Notes: generated by a model from the sequence alone, not told the origin. 64,000 bases of DNA from Longimicrobiales bacterium (GCA_965248195.1 CBDFIQ010000002.1:1632001-1696000), one strand, 5' to 3'; shown: positions 30,047-40,211, counted from the stretch's first letter. Numbers and translations are program-made.

Positions 30047-31824
30047 ACGATCATCTCCTGATGCGGCACGTGGATGTCTGCCTCGCTCTGTAACAGCTCG
30101 AGGACCCCTTCAACGACGTGGTGAGGCATGAACGGCTCCCCGTCGTACTTCCGGATGTGTCCGTTCGCGGAGAAGCCGGTCTCGCTGCGCAAGTACCGGG
30201 CGAACTGACCCGAGTGGCTGTTCTCCACGATGAGGACCCGCTTTGCACTGGACAGGACCTCCTCCACCACCTCGCTGTGGAACGGAACGATCCATTTGAT
30301 GGCGAATTGATTGGCGACCACTCCCTGCTCGGAGAGCATCTCAATCGCCTCTCGGATCACTCCGTAGGTGGAGCCCCAACCGACCAGTGTCACTTCGGCG
30401 TCTTGGGGACCCTCCAAGGTCGGTGCCGGCACGCCAGCGGCGACGCCCTCGAACTTCCGGGCGCGCTTTTCCACACTCCTACGCCGTTTGTGCGGATGCG
30501 TGAACTCGTCACTGATGAGTACTCCGTCCTCGTCGTGCTCGTCCGTCGCCACGACATGGACGAATCCCTCGATGCCCGGCGGCACTCGCGGTGAGATCCC
30601 GCTCTCCGTGTCGGCGTAACGGAGGTAGTTGCCGTTGGGAGTAGGATCGAGGAGAAAGTCGCCTCGATCGATCTCGGGCTGAACCTCGATGACGTCCGGG
30701 TCCACGCTGTACGTTCCTTCCGAAATGAGGAGATCGGAGATGATGATTCCAGGGCATTGGGCGCGGTCCGCGAGGTTGAAGAGCTCGGGGACGGTGTTGT
30801 ACGCGTCGAGGCAGTTCTTGGGTGCAACGATGAAGCGCTCGAAGTCGCCCTGGCTGGCGCCGAGGACCTGCCAGAGGTCGCCCTGCTCCGTCTTCGTTGG
30901 CACGCCCGTCGAGGGTCCGGCACGCATCACGGTGATGAAGACCGCGGGGATCTCCATCATGGCCGCGGCCCCGATCGCCTCCGTCATCAGCGCGAAACCA
31001 CCACCGGAGGTGGCGCACATGGCGCGACAGCCGGAGTGGGCGGCGCCGATGGTCATGTTGGCCACGCCGATCTCGTCCTCGACTTGACGCACCATGATGC
31101 CGAGCTCGTGGGAGTGCTGTGCCATCCAGTGGAGGACTCCTGTCGAGGGGCTCATGGGATACGCGGCGTAGAACTTGACTCCGGCGGCCGCTCCACCCAT
31201 GGCCAGAGCAGAGTTTCCGGTCCACATCGCGAGCGGCTTATCCCCCTCCGGTAACGGAACAGGGTAGGGCTCGAAGTTGCTGGCCCCGTGGTCGAAGCCG
31301 GCTTTGGCCATGGTCACGTTCTCTTCGACCACGGCCGCTCCCTTCCGCTTGAACAGCAGCTCCAGAGACTCCTCCAGCACGGAGAAGTCGACGCCTATCA
31401 GGGACATCATGATACCGAGTGAAATGGTGTTCTGGATGAGCTTGTTCTTGCTGTCCCCGGCCAGCTCGGCGACGGGCATCGGGCAGAGGACGACGCCATC
31501 CGGCGCCGCGCCTGGCTCGACCTTGTCGCTGTTATAGAGCACCCGAGATCCCGGCCCGAGAATCCCTAGGTGCCGGTTCATCGTGTCCTGGTTGAGACAG
31601 AGCAGCAGGTCTATGCCGTCGCCGTGGCTGAGCACCTCTTGGTCGCGAATGCGCAGCGTCAACAGGATGTGTCCTCCGCGGATGATCGACTGATAGGCGT
31701 TGTACGCATAGAGGTGCAGACCACGCCGGCCGAACATGCGAGCGAGGATGTTGCCCGGCGTCGCGATTCCTTGTCCGGCGGCCCCCCCGATGGCGATGCT
31801 GAAGTCGAGACCGTTCACGCTCAT
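30043..31824 (-). CDS. korA: 2-oxoacid:ferredoxin oxidoreductase alpha subunit
   Basis: GGAAGQGI, YQSIIRGG, YPMSP, EDEI, TSGGGFALM, RAGPSTGVPT. Substrate not determinable. Confidence 0.93.
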   Translation of the reverse strand: MSVNGLDFSIAIGGAAGQGIATPGNILARMFGRRGLHLYAYNAYQSIIRGGHILLTLRIRDQEVLSHGDGIDLLLCLNQDTMNRHLGILGPGSRVLYNSDKVEPGAAPDGVVLCPMPVAELAGDSKNKLIQNTISLGIMMSLIGVDFSVLEESLELLFKRKGAAVVEENVTMAKAGFDHGASNFEPYPVPLPEGDKPLAMWTGNSALAMGGAAAGVKFYAAYPMSPSTGVLHWMAQHSHELGIMVRQVEDEIGVANMTIGAAHSGCRAMCATSGGGFALMTEAIGAAAMMEIPAVFITVMRAGPSTGVPTKTEQGDLWQVLGASQGDFERFIVAPKNCLDAYNTVPELFNLADRAQCPGIIISDLLISEGTYSVDPDVIEVQPEIDRGDFLLDPTPNGNYLRYADTESGISPRVPPGIEGFVHVVATDEHDEDGVLISDEFTHPHKRRRSVEKRARKFEGVAAGVPAPTLEGPQDAEVTLVGWGSTYGVIREAIEMLSEQGVVANQFAIKWIVPFHSEVVEEVLSSAKRVLIVENSHSGQFARYLRSETGFSANGHIRKYDGEPFMPHHVVEGVLELLQSEADIHVPHQEMIV

Positions 31825-32037
31825 GGAATTCTCCTTGAATGGGGGGCCTACCTCGGCCCGCCCAAAGATAGTCAGATCCAAAGAGCCCGTGCACGGGCCG
31901 GGGTAACGTGAGGGGCAGGACCGAGCGAGTCAACACAGCGAATCAACCCAAGCTCTGGGGCCAGCGTGCGAGGGTCGAGCGGGCGCTGAAGCATGCACGA
32001 TGCTCGAAGTCGTGAGGATAGAGAGCTTGCGGCCGAA

Positions 32038-34359
32038 CTACTCCCCCGGCTGTAGGGTGAGGCGATGGGCCACTCGTTTCTCCACCGCCTCACGGCTGAA
32101 GAGGAAGGGAAAATACTCCCCGTTGCCCAGATAGTCGATCAGGTTGCCGTAAAACGGGCTACCGGGTTGAGCGCTCTGGCCAGGGGCGTTCGTGGCCACG
32201 GAACGGTCCAGGTCGGAGAGGTCGATGATGCGACGGAAGTTGGCGCCGGTCGCGTTGACCGTCCCGAAGCCGCCCGGCCTTTCCACGGCCGGCAAATCGA
32301 AATTCGGGAGGAACATATGTGAGAGGCCGCTCTGGTTGCCTCTGCCGTACCGCCACTGGCTCCAGTCCGCTCCCCAATCTTCTGTCAGCGCGGCCACGGT
32401 CCGCTCCAGCCCCTCCTCGATCAGCGCGCGCCGCTGTGGGTCCGGTGTGGCGGTATCGGCCGCTCCGGAATCGGACAGGCGAGTCCATTCCACGTAGATC
32501 GCCGCCGCAGTGCTCTCCCTCGTGAGCACTCCATCCCACTCCGCGATCAAGGCACGGGCCCGCTCCACACCCGGGACCTCGGAGGTCCAGCCCTGGAATG
32601 CCGGAATGTCCCCTTCGGCCCTCAGCGAGTAGGTGTCGAGCTGGATCGCCTGGTGATCCTCGATCGAGAACAGTTTGCCCGACCCGAGGATCTGGTGGAG
32701 GCGCGTGATCCGTGAGGTCGCCACACCCCTGGACGAGTGATAGAACACCGGTCGCCCCTCGTAACCCGGGGGGTGGACGTTGTTGTTGGCCGTGGTGATG
32801 TAGCCCCGATCCGGATTGAACTCGCGCGGGAGATCACTCCGGAATCCCTGCCACTCGTACTTCCCGTTGCCGGGTACCGGCAACCGGCCGTTCCAGCCGT
32901 CCCGGTCGGGTGTGAGCCCCGTCACCTGGAGCGCGATGTTGCCGTCGGCGTCCCCACAGATCAAGCTGTGCGTGGGCACCATCCAGTACATCGCCCGCTC
33001 GAAGAAGTCGGTGCAACTCTCGGCCTGAGCCATCTTGAAGCTGCCCTTGTAAGCGGCCGTGCCGTTGTCCTGGACCACCGAACGCACCGCGTAGGCGACA
33101 CCGTTTTCGGTATCCTCGAAGATTACCGGGCCGTGGCGGCTGAACTTCAGCTGGACCGTGCGGGGTGCCTCGCCCTTGATCCCGATCTCTTCCTCGATGA
33201 CGCGCAGCGGCTCCCAGCCATCTTGCCATCGAACCAAATTTGGATCGTCAGGGCTGACCTCCTCGACGAAGACGTCGACCATGTCGGTGCCGGCGAAGGT
33301 GAAGCCCCAAGCCATGCGTTCGTTGTGCCCGGCATCTACCCCGGCGAAGGGTGGCTCGCCACCCCCCATCACGTTCCAGCCCGGAGCGTTCAGGTGTACG
33401 AAGTATCGGAGTGCGGGCATCTCGATCCGTCGGTGTGGATCGTTGGCCAGGATCGGCACACCCGTGGGCGAGCGATCGCCGCTCACGACCCAGTTGTTGC
33501 TCCCCTCGGTCGCGATCTGCGGATTCGAGACCTGCGCCGTCCGTACGGCGGGGGTGAGGTGCCGATACTCTTCCACCACTTCCAGATCGGGGAGCCTTCC
33601 TTGCGAGAACGGGTCTCCGTCCCCGGCTCGCATCGCGTCGAGCACCGTCTGGGTGATGATGCTGACGTCGAGGCCTTCGGGGATCTTCAGATCGTCCCAT
33701 GGATCCGGCGCCGCCCGGCGATTCGCCTCCTCGACGCCGAACCGGTCCACGTTCATGGCGAGCTGGATCTCACTGATCGCATGGCCCCGCACACTCGACA
33801 GGCCGACGGCCGCCCATCGCAGGAGGACGGTCCTGGCGGTCCACGGATCCGGCACGACTCCGGTGAGCTGGAACTCGACCGGAAGGTTGTCCCGATTCTG
33901 CTCGATGTATGCGTTCACCCCGGCTGCGTGAGCCGTGAAGATGCGCTCCCCGTCAGGGTGGTAGCTCGTCCATTCGGACTCGTCCCAGGGTCCACGGAAC
34001 ATCATTTGCCGCGTGCGGAGGTCGTAGTCGAACGCCTCGGGTCCGAAGATCTCGGAGAGGCGTCCCTCGTGCCAGCGCCGCCACATCTCCATCTGCCAGA
34101 GCCGGTCCTGGGCCATCACGTACCCCTGCGCCATGAAGAGGTCGTCGACGTTCTGAGCGTAGATATGCGGGATTCCCCACTCGTCCCGGAGGACCTCCAC
34201 TGGCTCCTTCAAGCCGGGCACGTCCAGCTCTCCGCCCAGTTGAGCCAGCGACCGACTGGCCAGCTCTTCGAAGGAATCGGGCTCCGACGGTTGGCAACCG
34301 ACGGTGACAAGCAACAAGCCCACGACCAGCCCAGCGAGACGGTTCGGATCCAACGACAT
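32038..34359 (-). CDS. Penicillin acylase family (Ntn hydrolase) lipoprotein
   Basis: Lipobox TVGC; RDEWGIPHIYA, QDRLWQM, GSNNW nucleophile, ANDPH, PGQS. Confidence 0.93.
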   Translation of the reverse strand: MSLDPNRLAGLVVGLLLVTVGCQPSEPDSFEELASRSLAQLGGELDVPGLKEPVEVLRDEWGIPHIYAQNVDDLFMAQGYVMAQDRLWQMEMWRRWHEGRLSEIFGPEAFDYDLRTRQMMFRGPWDESEWTSYHPDGERIFTAHAAGVNAYIEQNRDNLPVEFQLTGVVPDPWTARTVLLRWAAVGLSSVRGHAISEIQLAMNVDRFGVEEANRRAAPDPWDDLKIPEGLDVSIITQTVLDAMRAGDGDPFSQGRLPDLEVVEEYRHLTPAVRTAQVSNPQIATEGSNNWVVSGDRSPTGVPILANDPHRRIEMPALRYFVHLNAPGWNVMGGGEPPFAGVDAGHNERMAWGFTFAGTDMVDVFVEEVSPDDPNLVRWQDGWEPLRVIEEEIGIKGEAPRTVQLKFSRHGPVIFEDTENGVAYAVRSVVQDNGTAAYKGSFKMAQAESCTDFFERAMYWMVPTHSLICGDADGNIALQVTGLTPDRDGWNGRLPVPGNGKYEWQGFRSDLPREFNPDRGYITTANNNVHPPGYEGRPVFYHSSRGVATSRITRLHQILGSGKLFSIEDHQAIQLDTYSLRAEGDIPAFQGWTSEVPGVERARALIAEWDGVLTRESTAAAIYVEWTRLSDSGAADTATPDPQRRALIEEGLERTVAALTEDWGADWSQWRYGRGNQSGLSHMFLPNFDLPAVERPGGFGTVNATGANFRRIIDLSDLDRSVATNAPGQSAQPGSPFYGNLIDYLGNGEYFPFLFSREAVEKRVAHRLTLQPGE

Positions 34360-34397
34360 GATAGCTCTCCCACTACGGTGTTACAGAGATGTCGACC

Positions 34398-34425
34398 AGG
34401 ACATTCGTATTAGGACATTTGTATT
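34398..34425. repeat. 14-bp tandem duplication in a divergent promoter region
   Basis: AGGACATTCGTATT AGGACATTTGTATT. Confidence 0.75.
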
Positions 34426-34518
34426 AGCCTCTGCTCGGGCAAAACGCCATGATGCCCTCGTGTGGAGGCCCCACCTCGCTCTCCGAGCGGCGATTCAGCA
34501 GCCACAAAGAAGGCGAAA

Positions 34519-35142
34519 ATGGCACACGAATGGCAAGACGTCGACTACGCCCTGGCGTATTTGGCGCGCGCAGACACCGTTCCACATCGAACCGAGGGGG
34601 AAGCGGTGCTCATCGAGGAGGTGCCAAGCGACTGTGAGCGCATTCTCGATCTCGGCACGGGTGATGGCCGCTTGCTGGCCCTCCTGCTCCTCCGTTGTCC
34701 GGAGGCGCAGGGTATCGCCCTCGATTTTTCGTCGGCCATGATCGAGCAGGCCAGTGAACGATTCCGTGGGGATGACCGGGTTCGCGTCGTCGAGCACGAT
34801 CTGGGACAGCCGCTCCCCGATCTGGGGACCCACGACGCCGTCTGCTCGAGCTTCGCCATTCACCACGTTTCCGATGAGCGCAAGCGGACTCTCTACCGGG
34901 AAATCTGGGAGATCCTCGAACCCGGAGGCGTGTTCTGCAACCTGGAGCACGTGTCGTCCCCAACGTCGCGCCTTCACCAGCGGTTCCTCGAAATGATCGG
35001 TGGTCAAGAGGATGAATCGAACATCCTCCTCGATGTCGAGACGCAGCTGCGTTGGCTGCGAGAAATCGGATTCGAGGACGTGGACTGTCTTTGGAAGTGG
35101 CGGGAGTTGGCGCTCTTTGCCGGAGTGAAGCCGACCGCTTGA
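34519..35142 (+). CDS. Class I SAM-dependent methyltransferase
   Basis: ILDLGTGDG, LDFS, SSFAIHH, LEPGG. Confidence 0.92.
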   Translation: MAHEWQDVDYALAYLARADTVPHRTEGEAVLIEEVPSDCERILDLGTGDGRLLALLLLRCPEAQGIALDFSSAMIEQASERFRGDDRVRVVEHDLGQPLPDLGTHDAVCSSFAIHHVSDERKRTLYREIWEILEPGGVFCNLEHVSSPTSRLHQRFLEMIGGQEDESNILLDVETQLRWLREIGFEDVDCLWKWRELALFAGVKPTA

Positions 35143-35206
35143 TCATGGGGATACGCGGATGGTCGTCAGCGAGGGCGTGCGGGCCGCGGGGCGCAAAAAA
35201 GAGACC

Positions 35207-35253
35207 GGCGCTTGCTGCCCCACACCCCGTAGACGCATTTTGTCCGCCATGTC
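35207..35253 (+). promoter_or_regulatory. Probable leaderless promoter of the Ser/Thr kinase
   Basis: TTGCTG (35212)-N18-CATTTT (35236)-7 nt-ATG (35249); no SD; homologous copies at 678 and 21823. Confidence 0.65.
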
Positions 35254-37915
35254 GGATGCTGTCGCCCGCCTGAACGCGGCCCTCCAGGGCCGCTACGCCA
35301 TCGAACGCGAGCTCGGTGAGGGCGGCATGGCCACCGTCTACCTGGCCGATGACCTGAAGCACGAGCGGAAGGTCGCCCTCAAGGTCCTGAAACCCGAGTT
35401 AGCGGCGGTCATTGGGGCCGAGCGCTTTCTGGCCGAGATCAAGACCACAGCCAACCTCCAACATCCGCACATTCTTCCACTCTTCGACTCCGGAGCGGCT
35501 GACGGTCTTCTCTACTACATCATGCCCTTAATCGACGGTGAGTCCTTGAGCGACAAGCTCAAACGCGAGACCCAACTCCCCGTCGACGAAGCTCTCGAGA
35601 TCGCCGAGGCGGTGGCCGGGGCGCTCGACTATGCGCATCGCCAAGGCGTGGTCCATCGAGACATCAAGCCAGCCAACATCCTCCTGCATGAGGGTCAGCC
35701 CCTGGTGGCGGACTTCGGAATTGCGCTCGCGGTGACCGTCGCGGGCGGCGACCGGCTTACGGAGACCGGCCTCAGCCTGGGCACGCCGTCCTACATGAGC
35801 CCGGAACAAGTGACGGGGGAGCGTGAGCTCGACGGGCGGAGCGATCTGTACTCGCTGTCGTGCGTGCTGTATGAGATGCTTGCCGGAGAGCCACCCTTCA
35901 CCGCACCCACGGGACAAGCGGTGGTGGCCCAGATCCTGGCGGTGGATCCCTCGCCGTTGGGTGAGCACCGGCGCACGGTCCCGGCGGGTGTGGCGGCGGC
36001 GGTGCACCGGGCGCTCGAGAAAATTCCGGCCGACAGGTTCGCCACGGCCGGGCACTTCGCGGAGGCTCTCACCGCCGCGGGATATCGGTCACCCGCCGAG
36101 GCGCACGCCGGGGAGGCCCAGAGAGTGACTCAGTCGCCGACCCTGGTGCGCATCCTTGCCACGGCGCTCGTGGTCCTCGGCGCGCTCGCCCTCTGGGGAT
36201 GGCTGGGACCTGGGACAGCAGGTGACGGCACTGCGGTGGTGCGGCGGACCGTAATTCCAGTTCCGATGGGACAGCAGCTCTCCATTCCGCAGGGAGGGGC
36301 TCTTCCCTTCGCCCTCTCGCCGGACGGTTCTCTGTTGGTTTATGCTGGAGTTCGGGAGGGGAGAACCAGTCTCTACGTACGCCCATTGGACAGCTTCGAG
36401 TCCACAGAGCTGGCGGGGACCGAGGGCGCGAAGCAACCCTTCTTCTCCTGGGACGGCACCCAGATCGGGTTCTTCGCCAACCGCCAACTCCAGCGAGTTC
36501 CGGTCGACGGGGGGTCTCCTTTCCAGGTTGCCGACGCTCCGGGTGTGCCGCAGGGAGCGAGTTGGGGGCCTAACGACACAATTGTGTACAGCGCCAGAAC
36601 GGAACGGCTGAACGACACGAACGTTGCCAGCGCCAGACAAGAATTGCTGAAGGTGCCTGCCGCGGGCGGCGAGCCCCTGTCCCTCGAGCTACGGTCTGCG
36701 CTGCCCCAGGACGCCGGTGGTCCCCTTCCGAGCGTTACCTGGCCCCATCATCTCCCCGACGGCGAGCATCTGCTGGTCTCTCTCAGCGGGGGCCGCACGG
36801 TCGTGGCCTCGTTGGCCTCGGGGGAGCTGACGCCGGCGGTGGACGGGGTCCAGGGTCAGTACCTGCCCGGTGCACGCTCGGGCGGCCATATCGTCTACAG
36901 GGAGCCCGGTGAGCGCGTGAGGGCTGTGGCCTTCGATCTGGCCTCACTCCGGGTGACGGGAGATCCCTTCCCGCTGTTCGAGAACGTGTTTCGGGGGGCC
37001 CAAAACGGTGGAAGCTTCATTCGGGTCTCACGCACCGGGTCGGCGGTCTACGTCGCGGGGGGTTTCGAGCGCTCACTGGTGTTGGTCGAGCGAACCGGCC
37101 GGGAGGTACTTCTGACCGAGGAACGGTTGGGGTACCGCTTTCCCCGATTCTCGCCGGACGGCAGGCGCGTCTCGGTGGCAGTGGATCCGCGCCCTTCCAC
37201 CCTCTGGCTGTTCGACGTGGGTAGCGGGGTGGGCTCGCCGATCGAAGGGTTACAATTGAGTTTCTGGAATCCCGCCAACGGTCGCCTATACGCCGGACAG
37301 CCTTTCCTTGTGGAGCGGTGGCCCCTTACGTCCAGTCCGGACACGGCCATGATCTGGCCCGTGAGCCCCATCTTCATACGGTCCTGGTCCCGGGATGGCC
37401 TGACGCTCATCGCGGCAGCACCGGGAGTGGACACCGGCCAGGACCTCTGGCATGTGCAGCTCGGGGGCGACGGAATCCCGGACACCCTCATGGCGACCCC
37501 GTTCGAGGAACGAGACGCGAAGCTCTCGCCGGACGGGAACTGGCTCTTATACGAATCCGATCTGTCCGGACGACCCGAGATCTATCTGACCACCTATCCC
37601 GATCTCAGGGACCGCCAACGCGTTTCGCCCGGGGGAGGCAACACTCCGCTCTGGGCTCACGACGGCTCGGAGATCTACTACCGTAGCGGAGATCGGGTGA
37701 TGGCGGCCCAGGTCCAGGTCTCCGTCGGTTCGTCCCCTTCGGTGAGCCAGCCGGTGGTGCTGTTCCGTGGAGATTACGACAACTCTCAACCGGCCGGTTG
37801 GGATGTCGACGCCCAGGGCCGGTTTCTCATGGTCCGTCCAGCCCCTGGCACGTTCGGGCAGTTCCAGCTGGTGTCGAACCTGGCGGCGGAGCTGGCGCGG
37901 GATGAATCCAGATGA
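35249..37915 (+). CDS. Hanks-type Ser/Thr protein kinase with TM segment and TolB/PD40-like beta-propellers
   Basis: GEGGMATV, VALK, HRDIKPAN, DFG, YMSPEQ; TM; repeated (L/F)SPDG. Confidence 0.95.
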   Translation: MSDAVARLNAALQGRYAIERELGEGGMATVYLADDLKHERKVALKVLKPELAAVIGAERFLAEIKTTANLQHPHILPLFDSGAADGLLYYIMPLIDGESLSDKLKRETQLPVDEALEIAEAVAGALDYAHRQGVVHRDIKPANILLHEGQPLVADFGIALAVTVAGGDRLTETGLSLGTPSYMSPEQVTGERELDGRSDLYSLSCVLYEMLAGEPPFTAPTGQAVVAQILAVDPSPLGEHRRTVPAGVAAAVHRALEKIPADRFATAGHFAEALTAAGYRSPAEAHAGEAQRVTQSPTLVRILATALVVLGALALWGWLGPGTAGDGTAVVRRTVIPVPMGQQLSIPQGGALPFALSPDGSLLVYAGVREGRTSLYVRPLDSFESTELAGTEGAKQPFFSWDGTQIGFFANRQLQRVPVDGGSPFQVADAPGVPQGASWGPNDTIVYSARTERLNDTNVASARQELLKVPAAGGEPLSLELRSALPQDAGGPLPSVTWPHHLPDGEHLLVSLSGGRTVVASLASGELTPAVDGVQGQYLPGARSGGHIVYREPGERVRAVAFDLASLRVTGDPFPLFENVFRGAQNGGSFIRVSRTGSAVYVAGGFERSLVLVERTGREVLLTEERLGYRFPRFSPDGRRVSVAVDPRPSTLWLFDVGSGVGSPIEGLQLSFWNPANGRLYAGQPFLVERWPLTSSPDTAMIWPVSPIFIRSWSRDGLTLIAAAPGVDTGQDLWHVQLGGDGIPDTLMATPFEERDAKLSPDGNWLLYESDLSGRPEIYLTTYPDLRDRQRVSPGGGNTPLWAHDGSEIYYRSGDRVMAAQVQVSVGSSPSVSQPVVLFRGDYDNSQPAGWDVDAQGRFLMVRPAPGTFGQFQLVSNLAAELARDESR

Positions 37916-38134
37916 ATGGCCAGCGCGGTTAATTCTCGGCGAGCTCGATCGCGTCGATCCGAAATCTCTCGCCGACCCCAGGGCGGCCGCCAGCGGGAGG
38001 GCGCCGACCGAGAGAAACTCTCGGGGGAGACTGCGACGACTCTTTCATCCGTAGCTGGAACGGAAAGTTCGGGCTATATCTCCCAGTTGGGGTAGCCCCC
38101 GAAGAGACTGCTTCTTTATTTCAGGGAGGAAACC

Positions 38135-39385
38135 ATGCGGACGAGAGTGTTTTCAGTTTTGATCACGGGAACCTTCCTCTCTTTCGGTCTGCCCACCCCG
38201 AGCCAGGCCCAGCGAGGGCAACCGACCCAACTGCCGGAGGGCGCTGGTCAGGAACTGGTTCAGGGCAGTTGCACTGACTGCCATCGACTCAACCTGATCG
38301 CCAACTCACCAGGGTACACCGCCGAGGGCTGGGAGAAGTTGTTCAGCTCGATGGTCGCGCTGCCCAGCGCTGAGACCGAACTCGTCGCGAGGTACCTGGC
38401 CACGAACTTTCCGGTGAGACCGGCGCCCGAGGCCGTGGTGATTCCGGGACCCGTGGAAGTGTCCATCACGGAGTGGCTGGCTCCCTCGCTCGGCTCACGA
38501 CCTCATGACCCGCTCGCGGCAGCGGATGGCTCCCTTTGGTGGACGGGGCAGTGGTCGAGCCGGCTCGGACGGGTCGATCCCGAAACAGGTGCGATTAAGG
38601 AATTCCCGCTCCCGGACGACTCGGGCCCTCACGGTTTGACCGAGGACGCGGACGGCAACGTTTGGTTTACCGGTATCAGCCAGAACTACATCGGCAAGCT
38701 CGATCCCAGCACGGGAGAGGTCACCCGGTACCCCGTGCCTGAGGCCGCGGTGGCCCCCGCCGGAGCCCGAGGTCCGCACACGCCGATCTTCGACCAGAAC
38801 GGCACGCTGTGGTTCACGCTCCAGTCGGGAATGGTGGGACGGCTCATCCCGACGACCGGGGAGATGAGGATCGTCGCGACGCCCAGCGACAATACGTATC
38901 CGTATGGCATCCAGGTGAACTCACGGGGGGTGCCGTGGTACGTGGATTTCCGCGGTAATCGGGTGGGCAGCGTCGATCCCGAGACCATGGAGATCACGGA
39001 ATACACGCTGCCGAATCCCGATGCCCGTCCCCGACGCCTCACTCTTACCCCGGACGATGTGGTGTGGTATACGGACTACGCCCGCGGCTATCTCGGCCGC
39101 TTCGATCCCGAGACGGGCCGGGTCCGTGAGTGGCCCTCTCCAAGTGGTCCCCAGTCCCGGCCCTATGGCATCGCCGCGGTGGGTACCGTCGTCTGGTACA
39201 GCGAATCGGGAGTGAGGGACGACACGCTCGTGCGTTTCGACACGGAGACGGAGCAGTTTCAGACGTGGTTGATCCCGTCCGGCGGAGGCGTGGTCCGCAA
39301 CATGATGGCCACGGCGGATGGCCACCTGGTGTTGGCCTGCAGCGCCGTGAATCGCATCGGGCTCGTGGAAGTCAAATACAACTGA
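38135..39385 (+). CDS. Cytochrome c fused to a Vgb (virginiamycin B lyase)-like beta-propeller, secreted
   Basis: Signal peptide; LPEGAG..CTDCH; repeated PH/PYG..DG..WFT..GR.DP.TG blades. Confidence 0.85.
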   Translation: MRTRVFSVLITGTFLSFGLPTPSQAQRGQPTQLPEGAGQELVQGSCTDCHRLNLIANSPGYTAEGWEKLFSSMVALPSAETELVARYLATNFPVRPAPEAVVIPGPVEVSITEWLAPSLGSRPHDPLAAADGSLWWTGQWSSRLGRVDPETGAIKEFPLPDDSGPHGLTEDADGNVWFTGISQNYIGKLDPSTGEVTRYPVPEAAVAPAGARGPHTPIFDQNGTLWFTLQSGMVGRLIPTTGEMRIVATPSDNTYPYGIQVNSRGVPWYVDFRGNRVGSVDPETMEITEYTLPNPDARPRRLTLTPDDVVWYTDYARGYLGRFDPETGRVREWPSPSGPQSRPYGIAAVGTVVWYSESGVRDDTLVRFDTETEQFQTWLIPSGGGVVRNMMATADGHLVLACSAVNRIGLVEVKYN

Positions 39386-39422
39386 GTAGCGGGCCAACAC
39401 GACTGAGTAGTCAGGCTGAGGC

Positions 39423-39992
39423 TCATTTCAAACCGAGCCTCTTGCCCGACGCCAACAGGATGAGCGCTTCGCGAAGGCGTCTCTCCTTCGTCTCGTCCCG
39501 TTTGGCCGAGTCGATCCAACCGATGTAGGCGCGTTGATACGACGGTGCCAACTGTTCGAAATTCTGCCAAGCGGCTGGAACGGCTTTCAGCGCGTCCTCG
39601 ATGTAGGACGGAAGTGCCGACACGGACGGCCTTGGTGCATCACCGCTCCGATTCGTCGGCGCACGCCTCAATCCCGGTGCCGCTAACAACCCTCGCGCTT
39701 CAAGATCCGCATACCGTCGGCGATTGCTGGTCGACCATTTGCTGGCTGCCTTTCGCGGGGTGAACTTCCGTGCGTACCGGGCTTCATCCAGGCGCCTTAC
39801 GAGGCTGTCGATCCATCCGAAGCACAGAGCCTCCTCGACCGCATCGTTGTAGCCGATGGACGGTACGCCCGTGTGGCGCTTGTGGAATACGAGCCAGATT
39901 TCGGAGTGCGAGTCATGGTGCTCCTCGAGCCACTCCCTCCACTCTTGGCCGTTCTGGACGTCGAGCGTCTCGATGGGCTTCGCTGGCGTCAT
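39423..39992 (-). CDS. YdeI/OmpD-associated family protein
   Basis: WREWLEEHH, EEALCFGWIDS, FTPRK..SKWS, AKRDETKERR. Confidence 0.92.
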   Translation of the reverse strand: MTPAKPIETLDVQNGQEWREWLEEHHDSHSEIWLVFHKRHTGVPSIGYNDAVEEALCFGWIDSLVRRLDEARYARKFTPRKAASKWSTSNRRRYADLEARGLLAAPGLRRAPTNRSGDAPRPSVSALPSYIEDALKAVPAAWQNFEQLAPSYQRAYIGWIDSAKRDETKERRLREALILLASGKRLGLK

Positions 39993-40211
39993 GGTTCACT
40001 AATCTCTCCGGGCAACCGCCCCTGACTTTGGAGCGTCCCTTACCCCGAGGGAGGACGTTGGTGGCACGCTTCAAGACCAACCTAGTGCGCTTGCCATCGC
40101 GGTCTAGAATCCCGATTCTTTGAGACGCGCCTTGGAGACGCGCTCCTGGAGGATCTTCCCCCACGAGTCTCGCACAGTCGAGTCACCACCGGACAGGGAC
40201 GCCGAACCCTC

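Noticed and set aside
32737..34413. Long antisense ORFs (also 2573-3634, 11108-12289, 54574-55908 and others)
   Set aside because: They overlap well-supported genes, lack motifs, and are expected in GC-rich DNA.
34610..35362. 250-aa minus-strand ORF (MLQVIGQVDGG...)
   Set aside because: Antisense shadow of the kinase start and the methyltransferase.
40062..40078. Sigma-54 promoter (TGGCACG)
   Set aside because: No TTGC -12 box at the required spacing.
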